In this document: positions 14,301-24,977 of the stretch, one piece after another
How positions within the stretch are numbered: position 1 is the stretch's first letter
Layout of the letters: each line of letters starts with the position of its first letter
Assembly: GCA_000708835.1 (NCBI GenBank)
Contig: DF237273.1
Location: forward strand, 38,816 to 102,815
Reading direction: 5' to 3'
DNA from: Klebsormidium nitens
Lineage: Eukaryota > Plantae > Klebsormidiophyceae
Length of the DNA: 64,000 nucleotides
Program-made: the position numbers and the translations under genes
The notes under the pieces: model-generated
Database searches by the model: none
What the model was told of the DNA's origin: nothing
Seen by the model: the letters and a program-made list of their open reading frames with translations, nothing else

Positions 14301-14342
14301 AGGCATCCTTGGTTAAAATTTCCTTACGAACCTTTCAACTGA
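8386..14342 (+). CDS. DYRKP: Plant-type DYRK (DYRKP-like) dual-specificity protein kinase with N-terminal LisH-like motif and long acidic linker
   Basis: N-terminal VAFILEFLRQHDLKVAEEALRNEL. Kinase exons: RYHVTEYLGSAAFSKA, KIIKNNKDFFDQSLDEIKLL, HCDLKPENIL, KVIDLGSSCF, SYVQSRSYRAPEVILG, DIWSLGCILAEL, KRPSAEEALRHPWL. Stop TGA at 14340-14342. GT-AG junctions are phase-consistent. Confidence 0.95.
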
Positions 14343-14559
14343 CAAGAAGGTATGACCAGGGCAAGAAAGGCTTAGAACGAAGTCACACATTAAGCTCATG
14401 AATGAGTTGATCACAGCATAGTCGGCTCCAAAGAGTCGAAATAAGGAAGTGTTTGACAGGTTAGCATGGACGCCCAGTCCGGTAACGAGAGCCAGCAAGG
14501 CATGAGTTTGTTGTGCGCCTGCCGTTTTGTACCATATAGTTGGTTCCTGGTCCTTAAAT

Positions 14560-14830
14560 GTCCACCTTTTGAAACAATGACCGATCAAATGATCCTACTA
14601 AGTTTCGTGATCTTGTAGACATTTTATGTGTCTCCGACATGGTCTGCATACTGGCCGCATTGCATGGTCCACGCCTGTATGCATACGCGAAAAATAAAGA
14701 AGCTATATCCAGTGATTGTCGACATATATGTGTACACATGTTCTAATATCTTATTCAGGATATTGCCTGACACACATGTGGCCGCTATTTTGAGCTGACG
14801 GTGAAATGCAATCGCATTAACCTGGTCGAC
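14560..14830. other. Palindrome-dense intergenic tract (DYRK/GNAT convergent spacer)
   Basis: Overlapping self-complementary words such as ACATATATGT, TGTGTACACA, ATGCAT, GTCGAC (twice) and CACATGTG. Confidence 0.6.
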
Positions 14831-14942
14831 ATTCTTGCTGTTGGACATGATGCTCCAAGTCTTCGAGAGCAAAGTACAGTCACAGGCTGGGGCCATGATC
14901 GATGCATTTGAATACGAAATTAATCTTTTGCAAGTAGGTTTG

Positions 14943-15541
14943 GGCATCGTGTCAAAACACCTGTGCAGTGGCGTCCGGACCTCCGGTTTTCCGAATTTTC
15001 TTGACGGGGCTGGTGGCCGGTTCTCGGAGCTCCCTGGCGAAGAGTCGAGGTGGCTGGTGGTCGGTGCCCGGCTGAGCATTTTCGACAGCTTTTAAAACCC
15101 ACAAAAATGTCGGAAAGTCTGCCTATAGATACTGCTCAACCTCGTGTACGTGTACCATACGGGTTGCCAGCTCCCTGCGAGAAGCCGCATGGGAGAGGCC
15201 ACACCAACCGACCGGTCTGGAACGAAATGGTCAAACGGGAAGTTTTGTCCTCCATTGAAGGGTCCGGCTGCATATGTAATCGGGTTATTGCCTTATACGG
15301 CTCTGAGTCGCACACGAGCCCTTTGCAAGTAGACTGGTTCGAATTCTAAACCTGGAGTGATTGATTGCGCGCGCAGGCCCCACCCTCGTATATCTATCTA
15401 ATCCCAATTTCTTCTGCGCCGCGGCTTGGGTACCCCTGGTGGCCGGTTTTGTCTGTATCTTTTTCTGCTCGCACCCCCCTGGTGGCCGGGTTTTTTTTCG
15501 GAGGTCCGGACGCCCTTGCAAAAGTGTTTTGACACGATGCC
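14943..15541. mobile_element. MITE, PIF/Harbinger (Tourist)-like, non-autonomous
   Basis: 43-bp terminal inverted repeats matching at 39/43 (GGCATCGTGTCAAAACAC...GGCGTCCGGACCTCCG; 14943-14985 and 15499-15541). A 3-bp direct repeat TTG flanks both ends. Internal repeated CTGGTGG(C/T)CGG motifs. No coding capacity. Confidence 0.75.
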
Positions 15542-15633
15542 TTGCTCACATGATTGAGATCAGATTCTTAGTTTTCCTTCTTCATGATCCGAGGCCAAGC
15601 GAAGTCAAGGTGCCCAAAATGAGGCAATCTATA

Positions 15634-15923
15634 CCGTAGTCCAACGTGATCATTCCGAATGAATTTTTCGAGTAATATTCTCCAACAATCCGACCACGCA
15701 TGCCGAATTATTTATGCGGATTCCGACCAGAATCCGAATGCCCTATGTTCACACTTGAAGAAGCATTTTAGGGCTGATCTGAGCAATTTTCCGCCTTCCG
15801 ATGACCAATTTTAATTTACGTAACCTTTCCGAATTTCCGGTTTCCGAACGGAAAATCTGAATTTCTGACTTTCCGAATGCAAATAATTATTTATTTATTC
15901 GGATTCATTACCTTGGACTACGG
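15634..15923. mobile_element. MITE, Tc1/mariner-like, non-autonomous
   Basis: 31-bp imperfect TIRs (CCGTAGTCCAA perfect, 26/31 overall) flanked by TA on both sides. The interior is filled with repeated (T)TCCGA(A) motifs. Confidence 0.75.
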
Positions 15924-16268
15924 TAGTTCATGGATGAAGCCGGTCGTTGTACATAACCAAAGTGCACTCGCCTGATGCACTAGTATGAGCATTTGATCTT
16001 TTATGTGTGCCGTCCAAGTACTAAGCTGCGATACAACCACTCCATTTGCATACCAAGTGTGGAGCTGTTCGAGATCCCTGTATTTCATGCACTCCCAAGC
16101 ACTACCACCCCGATGCACACTTCCTCTGCCAGTCAAAACCAGTTTCTGAAAAGCTTCTCGAAAAGTGGAACTGATGCACAGTTCTAGATTGCAAGCAAAA
16201 TCTTTTGAGACTTTTACTTTCCAATTCATGCCAGGGAATTTGACAAGGAGATGAACTGCTTTAAGAAC

Positions 16269-16768
16269 CTATTGTTGCCCTGCAATTTGACTTTTATACT
16301 GTGGAAAGCGAGCCAAGAAAGTGTCCTGCAAAGCAGACCCATAAACTGTCTTCCTCAACATTTCTGAAAGGTGAAATACCACCAGGTAAGTGGAAGACCT
16401 CAAACATACAATCGCTAACTTACAAACACAAACATCTTCTTGGCATTGCAAGTATCAACTCGTTCTCAAGCCTCGACAGTGATTGCGTGCTGAGGACTTA
16501 CGCTGACGTAGCTGCATGATGGAATGACAGCCATGTTCCCCAACTTTGCAAACTCAAATGCCGCCTTGCTGAGTTCCGCTGCAGCTCCCTGGCCACGCCC
16601 TTCAGGTGGAACATATGTGTGATACAGATCTAGTGCCTTTTGTTGCCCATGCTGGATTACAGCATACTCGATGTATGCAAGGATTCCTGTGCCATTACTA
16701 ACATCAAGAACAAACCTGTGCCGGTCAGGCTCATGTAGAACAGGAGTGGCATTCATCGGCGCTGTCAT
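16269..16768 (-). CDS. Small GNAT-family acetyltransferase (At1g77540/YjdJ-like)
   Basis: Exon 1: MTAPMNATPVLHEPDRHRF...DLYHTYVPPEGRGQGAAAELSKAAFEFAKLGNMAVIPSCSYVS|gtaagt. Exon 2 (16269-16325): DTFLARFPQYKSQIAGQQ*. HTYVP-x3-RGQG-A and IPSCSYV are typical of this family. Confidence 0.85.
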
Positions 16769-16779
16769 TATGTATACGT

Positions 16780-16808
16780 ACCAAAGCACCAAAGCACCAA
16801 AGCACCAA
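16780..16808. repeat. Short tandem repeat (ACCAAAGC)x3.6 just upstream of the GNAT start codon
   Basis: Read directly: accaaagc accaaagc accaaagc accaa. Confidence 0.85.
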
Positions 16809-17787
16809 CGCATGAGCTTGCAGGACTGCAGATGCTCAAAAAGCACCCAACTCGTCACGCCATTGGCATTGCCTGCACATTCCTGCGACGGTCACCAGAC
16901 TCACCACCTTAGGCTTCGGTCCCTGCAATGCCTGCATCAGTGCATGCCGCAGCTTGCCGCCTTCTTCCACATGAGTGAGTAAGGTACAAAAAAATGGTAC
17001 ATGCCAGGTCAACGTGATCTTCCGAAAAGCAACCATGTCAAGAACCGGGTTGTTGATGAGTAGTGGAAGCTTGCCTTGCGCGCCCGGTGAAAGCTGAAAG
17101 GGCGACCAGCAGTACACATTGCGTACCAGCAAAGAGCCGCGGGCGGCGGGCATGAGTCTGCATATGACTCTCGAGTCTGAGTCTGCCGAGTTGACTGCGG
17201 CGAAACGCAGCTCTCTGAGTCTGGGTTGCACACGACTCGCAGAACAGGAATCAGGGATGGACTGCGAACTGGCAGGGAGGGGTCACCATGAAGGCGCGGG
17301 GTCCCTGCAGGCGCACGGATATTTGTGCTGATTATATGCGCCTGTAGATCCAGGGGGATGCCAGAAAAGATGCAAAATTGGGCAGTCGGTAGTTCAGGAA
17401 GAAGCGTTTGCTGCCGTTCTCGACAAGTTGCATCATAAGAAGCATTTTTGGTTTGAACAAGCATTAAAGAGGATGCATAGATATTTTGACCCATCAGAGG
17501 ACGTCCCTCTGTAGTTCACAGTGTGGGTAACGGATTGAAGGAAAGCGGGCAGACTGCCAAGGATGTTGGAGTGTTAGGCAGGTTCGGCAGCGTTCCCTGC
17601 AAGGGGTGTAGGCTCGCTGTTAAAGAGTCAGCCAAGAAGTCTGGGAAGGGGTACTGCTGACCATCCATGGGATTCTAGGAGCGATTGTTCTACGACGGAG
17701 CGGCCTTGACAAGCAAGCAGACTGATTCAGCAAAGGTTGCTGGGTGTTCTGCAAGGAGGGGAAACGTGGGCAAGAACAAATCGAGGG

Positions 17788-20700
17788 ATGGAACCTCGCA
17801 TAGGAAATAAGTACAGGCTAGGGAGGAAAATTGGGAGCGGGTCCTTTGGGGAGATATATTTGGGTACGGAGAATTCCAAAGCATTCCTTCAGTTCCTTGA
17901 AAGGAGGCTATGCCTTTCCCTATTTATTGCATAGCAGTCGCAAAAGAGCAGCGTCCGCATCTGCATCCAAGGTTTTACTTCCATTTTCGTGTTGTTCACA
18001 CACAACGGATCCTGCTTTACCATCACTTGAGAGGGTCCTTGGGATTGTGCTCAAGACTTGCCCCTTTTGGAACCCTGATCGAGTGTCCCCTGTTTTTCTT
18101 GCTTATCTTCGCTTTGAATTTGTTGCAGGGACCAACATTCAGACAAATGAGGAGGTCGGAATCAAATTGGTAAGGTTCTCTCTATTTGGAAGTGCGGTCT
18201 TGTCAGCGTCACTGCTGAAGTCTGGCTGTGTTTGTTTCAGGGGGCCTCCAAGTGCCCTATGTTCTGCTCGAAAATACTTGTATGCAGTCTTTGACGCCAT
18301 ATACTGGCTTTTGAAGAAGAGGCAAAAGTTGCCAACCTGGTTTGTTTGGTGCTGCAGGAGTCCGTGAAGACAAAGCATCCTCAACTTCTCTATGAGTCCA
18401 AGCTCTACAGAATCCTGCAAGGTGGAAGTGAGTTGGTGAACCTCGTCTTTGGGCTGGCAGTTGAATATGTCCTGCAACCCCGCTTTTGGTTGTGAGGGCC
18501 CTTTCCTGTCGGTCTTTGGGTTGCTGCTTTGGGTTGCTGCAAGTTGCAAGGAGTAAGCCCTGTGCCCTGCAACGCTCTGCAGGGTAATTGATACACTTTT
18601 GTTGCAGCTCTCTGGGCAGTTTCCTGCAGGTCCTCCGATTTGTTATGTCAGGGGTGCTCCTTCTCGGCTTCTTAGGTGCCTGCTTCTCTTTTGCAGCGGG
18701 AATTCCTAACATCCGATGGTTCGGAGTAGAGGGGGATTACAATGTGATGGTGCTGGACCTGCTGGGCCCCAGCTTGGAGGACCTGTTCAACTTTTGCAGC
18801 CGCAAGTTCTCCCTCAAGACTGTCCTTATGCTGGCCGACCAGCTTGTGAGCATCCCAGTCATTGCTGCTGCTCGAGCAAGTGCACGCAAAGGATTCAAAA
18901 GTGGCTCCTGAGCTTGCCTCCTTGTAGGGTTGTCCTGTTTTCGTTTGTCCTAAGAGGAATGTACGATCCGATGAACCAATTCTGACGTACACCGACGCAG
19001 CTAGAGCGGGCTAAGCAGTTATCCACATCATGAACGCCTGAGTATTATAAACTCCTGAAGCAGGGTCTAAATAACTCCTCAGATGGTGCCTGACGTTGCA
19101 AAACGGCTGTCCAGTCAATGCTGCAAGGCTGGGGGACGGCTTTTGTTGACAGGAGGCTGCCAAGCGCCTAGTAGCATTGTAAAGGCTTGGCTGCACGGCA
19201 CCCTCATTTAGAACATTGCTCAGCTCCTGCTCTGTAAAAGCTGTAAATCTCCACTGCTTTGCTTTGTTAAGCTACAGTTGCGGCATTTGTAAGCAAGGCA
19301 GTAGGTTAAGAAGGCAGCCTTTCGGGGCAACAGGTCAGCGGCAAGCAGAGTATGCAGACGGAATCTTTGACACTCCTCATACGCGGCTTGCAGATCAACC
19401 GCATTGAGTATGTTCACTCCAAGAGCTTCCTGCACCGTGACATCAAGCCAGACAACTTCTTGATGGGGCTGGGGAGGAGGGCGAACCAGGTGTACATAAT
19501 TGACTTTGGACTGGCAAAGAAGTACAGGGATCCCACCACACACCAGCACATCCCCTACAGAGAGAACAAGAATCTCACAGGGACCGCGCGGTATGCGAGC
19601 ATCAACACGCATCTGGGAATTGGTGAGTTGTCCATTTTAGAATTGCTGATCCTGCTCAGTGTGCTTGAAGCTGTACCACAGTGGTTGGAGCCAGACCTTC
19701 ATGCTCCACTTTCTTGTCAAGTTTCTTGCAAAGTTTGAGGGGTGGAAGTGTGGAGCGGGCAGCTTTTAGGGTTCCACCTCACTGCCCCAACACTGTATCT
19801 GACCGTTGCCTTTATTACGTGCAGAGCAAAGTCGGAGGGACGATCTGGAGTCGTTGGGATATGTGCTGATGTACTTCCTGCGAGGAAGGTGAGAGGCTGC
19901 AAGCTGCAACCTGTTAGAGGGGGGCCTGGGGGATCGCTGAAGCTTTCGCGAGCCGGTGTCAGTGACCATCAACCGGGCTGAACGCTGGTTAAGTGTCGGC
20001 TTGTTGACAGAGACAGTTCATTATTATTTGTGGTGTTCGTCTATGCCTGGCAAGGTGAGGGCTACCTTGCAGTAGGGCCCTGTGGTGCATAGATCGGTCA
20101 TGCTTGCTGTTTTGACCATTGATTGTTTGGTTCTGCAGCCTGCCGTGGCAGGGCCTCAAGGCAGGGACGAAGAAGCAGAAGTACGAGAAGATTAGCGAGA
20201 AGAAGATGTCGACACCGATCGAGGTCCTCTGCAAGAATTACCCCTCTGAATTCGCCTCCTACTTCCACTTCTGTCGGCGCCTCCGGTTCGACGACAAACC
20301 TGACTATGCCTACCTCAAGAGGCTGTTCAGGGACTTGTTTATCCGGGAAGGTGCGCAAGTGGTGTCTCCGCAGGGCCCTTTCTATTCCCTCTTGTTCTGA
20401 GAAAGTATCCGCCAGTTGTATGTTGCCGCACGTATTTCCAATGATTCTATGTCGTCTCCCCTCTTTGCTTATGACCTGCAATAAAAGGAGCATCAACCTT
20501 TCTGAAAGACCCATGCAGGGAGTTCTGTCGTACCTCAGGCTGCTGCGGTCACCTGATATTTGACCTCCTGCGTCAAGAGGCGCTATTTTCAGCTTGCTCA
20601 TCAGCATCGTCTCTTTTTGCAGGTTACCAATTTGACTATGTCTTTGACTGGACAATTCTGAAGTACCAGCAGTCGCAGATCGGGGCAGGCCCGTCCGCAG

Positions 20701-21803
20701 GGAGAACCTTGGTGAGTCTACTGCGGTGTAATCCTCCTGCGTCGGACCTTTCGGCGTCTGAATCTAAAAACCTGCGCCTCCATTGCATCAGGTGTGTGTC
20801 CCAATTCCCGTTGTGCACTATATTTTGTCCTTGTATCCTAACGTGCATGATTTCTTGGCGCAGGGGGCTGGAGCGGGAGCTGCAGGAACAAGCAGTGCGG
20901 CGGTGCAGGGTGGGGGGCAAACAGATCGAGCAGGTAACGCCGCGACCAGCCTGTTGGAAGTTCCTGGCTTGCTGCAGGCTTGTTGTAACGTTGTGTTGTA
21001 GTTGCTGGTCTCAGATAGGACAAATTTTTCAACATTAGTATCCCACGAGATGCTTTCAAAGTCAGTGTTGCTCAAAAAGAAAGGCGCAGATTTTTGAGTC
21101 ATCAAAAGTGACAGGATGCAGAGAGCCAAAGTGCTCAAAGCTGCATCCGTCAGGTAGTCAAGTGGGCCTACTGGCGTAGTTGCTGACACCGCTGTGCTTG
21201 CTGCTCTCTGCAGGAGGGACCAGCACTCCTGTGAACGCTGGGGATACGCCTGAGGGCACGAGGAGGCGAATGGCGAGCGCCATTGATGCCACCAAGCCGA
21301 GGACGAGCAATGATGAAACCAAGGAGGTGAGCTGTTCCTCCTTCACCTGGCAGAGCACGCTTTATGCAGACTCCTCGAGGTTGGAAGATTGAACCTGCTA
21401 AGTACGTTCCACTGCACGGCGCTCTTTTTCTTCTGTTCTGTAAAGGTTTAGTCATCAACCTTTGTAAGAGATATATGTCTCTTAAGGTGAAGAGTAGGGC
21501 AGTCTGCCCGTGCGCTGGGCCTTTCCGACGTGTTTCGCCAGCTTATTCTGTTTCTGCGTTGGTGTGCAGGAGCAGGAGCGGTTGCACAGCAGTGCGTTTG
21601 CGCGCGCTGGCAGTGCTTCCAAGCGGGCCGTGGCGGGGACAACGCGGGTGGGTAGCTCAGCTGCAGCTGCGGCGGCGGCAGACGCCACTGCCCTGACAAA
21701 CAAGATGGGCCCCATTAGTCTGAGCCGCACTTCTGTCCAGCGGCCATCAGGCGTATCTGGGTCAGAGCCAAAGAAGCCAGTCCATTCGCGTCCTTTTTCT
21801 TAG
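17788..21803 (+). CDS. CK1: Casein kinase 1 (plant CKL type)
   Basis: [139 protein letters not shown], then a low-complexity tail. Stop TAG at 21801-21803. Confidence 0.97.
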
Positions 21804-22719
21804 AATGGGGCGCGAGGATGCATGTAAGTTCTGGAATCGGTTTCGCTTTGGTTTCTTCAAGTCAGCCCTTTTTGAAATCCGTCGCCGTTGCGCCTTCTTG
21901 TTATGTGAGTGTTGTGAACAACGATTCAGAGCACATTCAGTTTACAAAGGGCACAAGCATGTATTGCACCTTGTCTGCATGCTTTGTTACACTCAGAAAG
22001 TGACGTCTCTTATTCGTGGTTCCAGGCAGCATTGCGGCGGTTGGCCGTGTGTGGATCCAAGGATGAGGTAGAAGCCCCTCAAGGGTGAGGCAGAACCAGG
22101 CGCGCTGCTTTTGCTTGTGGCGTGTCCAAAGTCGGCGCTTCAAGGTGGACTTTTGATACATGCTCCGTCCATGTAAATAGTGCTTACTTTGTCGAAGATT
22201 AACGAACTTGAAAATGTCCCCCGACCTTGGATCACTTTGCCATGGCTGCCTCAATCGACAGTGGTCTGAAAGCATAGGCTTGGCAACGTGATCGCTGCGC
22301 AACTGCCTACGGTCTGGCATGTTCATGCTTTGTACTCCTGTTGGCGCCAAACTTTCCTTGGGGTTCCAACTTCTCTACCCGATCTTGAGTCGTACGATGC
22401 CTTTTTTTGATGATCGGACGGTTTTAAGATCAGAAACTAGGCTGGGAACATTTGCAATGGATGGCATCTTCGACGCAAACATTCTGTGCAGTCTCGTCTA
22501 CTATTCATTGCATCGTGCATCCAAACCTGTGGCATCCAAGAATGCCACGTAGTTGCACCTTGCAAAACTCCCTGCACTGTTGCATAAGCTACAGTGGCTA
22601 TGATTATGGCCAGACGGCTTCGATCAAATTCAACTCCTTCTGAGTACATTGTATTTCGAGGCAGATCCTGATTTTGTATATTGTTGATTCATAAGTTATG
22701 GTGCGTATTGATTTTCAGT

Positions 22720-23000
22720 TTCTGGGCGCACATACACGCGCGCAAGAGTCCAAAGATTAGCTAGTTCAAATGCAGTGAGCCTTGCCGCTGGGCCAATCCA
22801 TAGGCTGGCACCTGCCAGGCTGCCACCATTTCGTAGTATGCATAGGACTAGCAACCGTAAGCAATTATTCAATAACAATGACGTTCTCTTTTCAAAACGC
22901 CGTAGCCACATGGGCCATAGGCTTCCATGGCATGTACATGGGAATCAATGTTTGAGTTGCGGACGCCTAGATGCAATAATACAAACAGAAGGCGTTGGCC
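22720..23000. other. Palindrome-rich intergenic tract (CK1/desaturase tandem spacer)
   Basis: Clusters such as CACGCGCGC, TAGCTAG, ATGCAT and CCATGGCATGTACATG. Confidence 0.5.
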
Positions 23001-23044
23001 AAGCTGCCAGAGCCTGAGGAGTTCGCTATTAGATTGAAATACCG

Positions 23045-23958
23045 GTACACCAAAAGTTCATTGGCGAAATCCCTTGGCGGTATCGAAGGTACTAGGTACC
23101 GGTAGTTTAGGTACCTACCTAGCTACTTCCTATAGGAAGATTCACTGAAGATATTGCACGGATACGGGTAAGGCCGTACCAACAGGTAGTAGGTACCTGC
23201 TGATTCCGGTAGGTACTGATACCAGGTACTGACTCCCGCTGCCTGGGAGTGATAGGGAACCGTGCATGGGGGGTTGGGGCAGGTTGGGGTTTTGAATCAA
23301 GGTTTGTGCCCATCTGTTGCATCCAACTTCCACACCCAACTTGCAAGGTCCGCTTCAGAATCCAGCTCAACTGGCGTCACCCGGGCCGATGACCATGAGA
23401 TTCAGATCTGGGGATTCTGGGTGGAGGCTTATGAGCCGCTCAGATGACAACGACGGCACAGATTTATCCACATGGGCACGAACAGTGCGACGGCCAACCA
23501 GTATCTGCAGAAAATCATGCTGGAAGGCCGAGTGATGTAACTGTGGTACGTACCGCAGGAAGGTCGTCCCGGCCTAATCTGTCAAGCGTACACACGTGTC
23601 ATCTTTTCGGGTACAAACAATAATATCTCAACCGACCACTTTCCGGGAAAAATGGATGATATTTTGAAGGTAACACCAACCGGTTGAACTCTTCCGGCCC
23701 GTCTGTACGAAGACGTACCGCGGTCCGACTTAGTGCCGGTAGGGACCGCGTTGTGTACTCAATCCCAACACCAACAACTGTGGGTGAAGGACAACGGGTT
23801 TGGGGGCAAACCCGTCCACCTCGAGGAGATCAGCAGATCAGCCTCTGTGAGGCAAAACGTACAAAGTTTGCGAATAGAATTTGGGAGAATGGGCTGCGGA
23901 CGGTACCGGGCCAGAAATGGCAGCGTACGGTATGCACCGTCGCTGCTCGTCGCGGTAC
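23045..23958. repeat. GTAC-motif cluster upstream of the desaturase
   Basis: 19 GTAC words in about 915 bp by hand count, 8 of them within 23045-23229 (mostly as GGTAC). About 3.6 expected at uniform composition. Confidence 0.7.
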
Positions 23959-23996
23959 CTAGCCCTGGCTACCGCCGAAGCAACCGGGCAGTCTTA

Positions 23997-24110
23997 GTGA
24001 CTTTAGGGTTAAGTCAGAAAGCAGTGACGGTGTGTTAGGGTTACGCCACTTCCCTGTGACGGTTTGTTAGGGTTAAGTTCCTTCTCTGTGACTGCTCTAC
24101 GATTAGGGTT
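23997..24110. repeat. Four degenerate tandem units (about 28-32 bp), each GTGAC...TTAGGGTT (telo-box-like)
   Basis: GTGAC at 23997, 24024, 24056 and 24088. TTAGGGTT at 24003, 24035, 24067 and 24103. Confidence 0.75.
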
Positions 24111-24128
24111 CTTACAAACGGTTAAGCC

Positions 24129-24609
24129 CAGTGTTTCCCCTGCCGGCCCACTCTCTGGTAAAATGGCCGGCAATGGTCAAACCGGGCCGGCAATGGGGGC
24201 CGGCCTCCGGCCCATCCGGCCGGCATTGCCGGGCACGGGCCGCCGGCAATGAAAGTTCATAGCTGGCCCTGTCATCGTATTCCGTGTGTAAAACGATCAG
24301 GATTTCAGGAGATTTAAAGGTTATTGTCGAAAAAAACCTTCCCTCGGGGACTTCTGGCCAGCAGTATCCCTCAATGATCCCTTCGGTAGGACAGGTAGGA
24401 AGTTGGTCGATAATTTTACACGTAGATAAGCTAGAGACTTATGAAAGTATTGTAAAGTCGAATATATGGGGTGCGCGCGCGCGGAAATTCCACATATTTT
24501 GCCGGGACTTGGGCCGGCAATGGCGACCTCGGCCCGGCCCAACGGGCCGGCAAACTCAGGCCCCGGCCGGCCCGGCGGCCAGCAATTAAAATAATTAGGG
24601 GAAACACTG
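24129..24609. mobile_element. hAT-superfamily MITE (481 bp), apparently recent
   Basis: Perfect 13-bp TIRs CAGTGTTTCCCCT / AGGGGAAACACTG. Perfect 8-bp TSD GTTAAGCC (24121-24128 and 24610-24617). Many subterminal GCCGGC-type motifs in both halves with an AT-richer centre. Confidence 0.92.
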
Positions 24610-24977
24610 GTTAAGCCACTGTCCATAGGATTTTGGTATAATTACAGGTCCACCCGAGCACTTCTTGGTGTCCGAACAGGGTGTCCGCGTCCGATTCTCC
24701 CAAATTCTATTCGCAAACTTTGTGCCTCTTGCCTCAGTGAGGCCGTGCAAAACACACTGACGACCGCAGGGCTGGTGAGCAGAGCCAGTGGCAGAGGGGA
24801 GAACCACCACTGGCTTTCATGATCTCTAAGTTTGAAGAAGGCTGTTCACTGGTTCCCTGAAGCTCCGTTTCCTAGATCTGGGGTTGGTTGTCCCGTTTGA
24901 CAAATCTGGTGATCCGTGCTCAGCTTTTTAGCTTGTCTTTCAGGTGTGCAGGCAGCTTTGCGAAGGCGCTTGCCAGC

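Larger units (their letters stand above)
23841..24743. repeat. Older inverted-repeat (foldback) pair enclosing the hAT MITE
   Basis: A perfect 30-bp inverted match (ACAAAGTTTGCGAATAGAATTTGGGAGAAT, 23861-23890 versus 24694-24723) sits within about 60-bp imperfect arms. No target-site duplication found. Confidence 0.7.

Noticed and set aside
15335-15350. GGTTCGAATTC, tRNA-like T-loop
   Set aside because: No upstream D-arm or anticodon arm can be folded, and it lies inside a MITE.
16836-17494. ORFs between the GNAT and CK1 genes
   Set aside because: No recognisable protein features. Best explained as 5'-UTR and promoter sequence of the two divergent genes.
23997-24110. Interstitial telomere or spaced-repeat (CRISPR-like) array
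   Set aside because: The TTAGGG words are single rather than tandem, the repeats are short and degenerate, and the context is eukaryotic with no cas genes. Kept only as a motif array.
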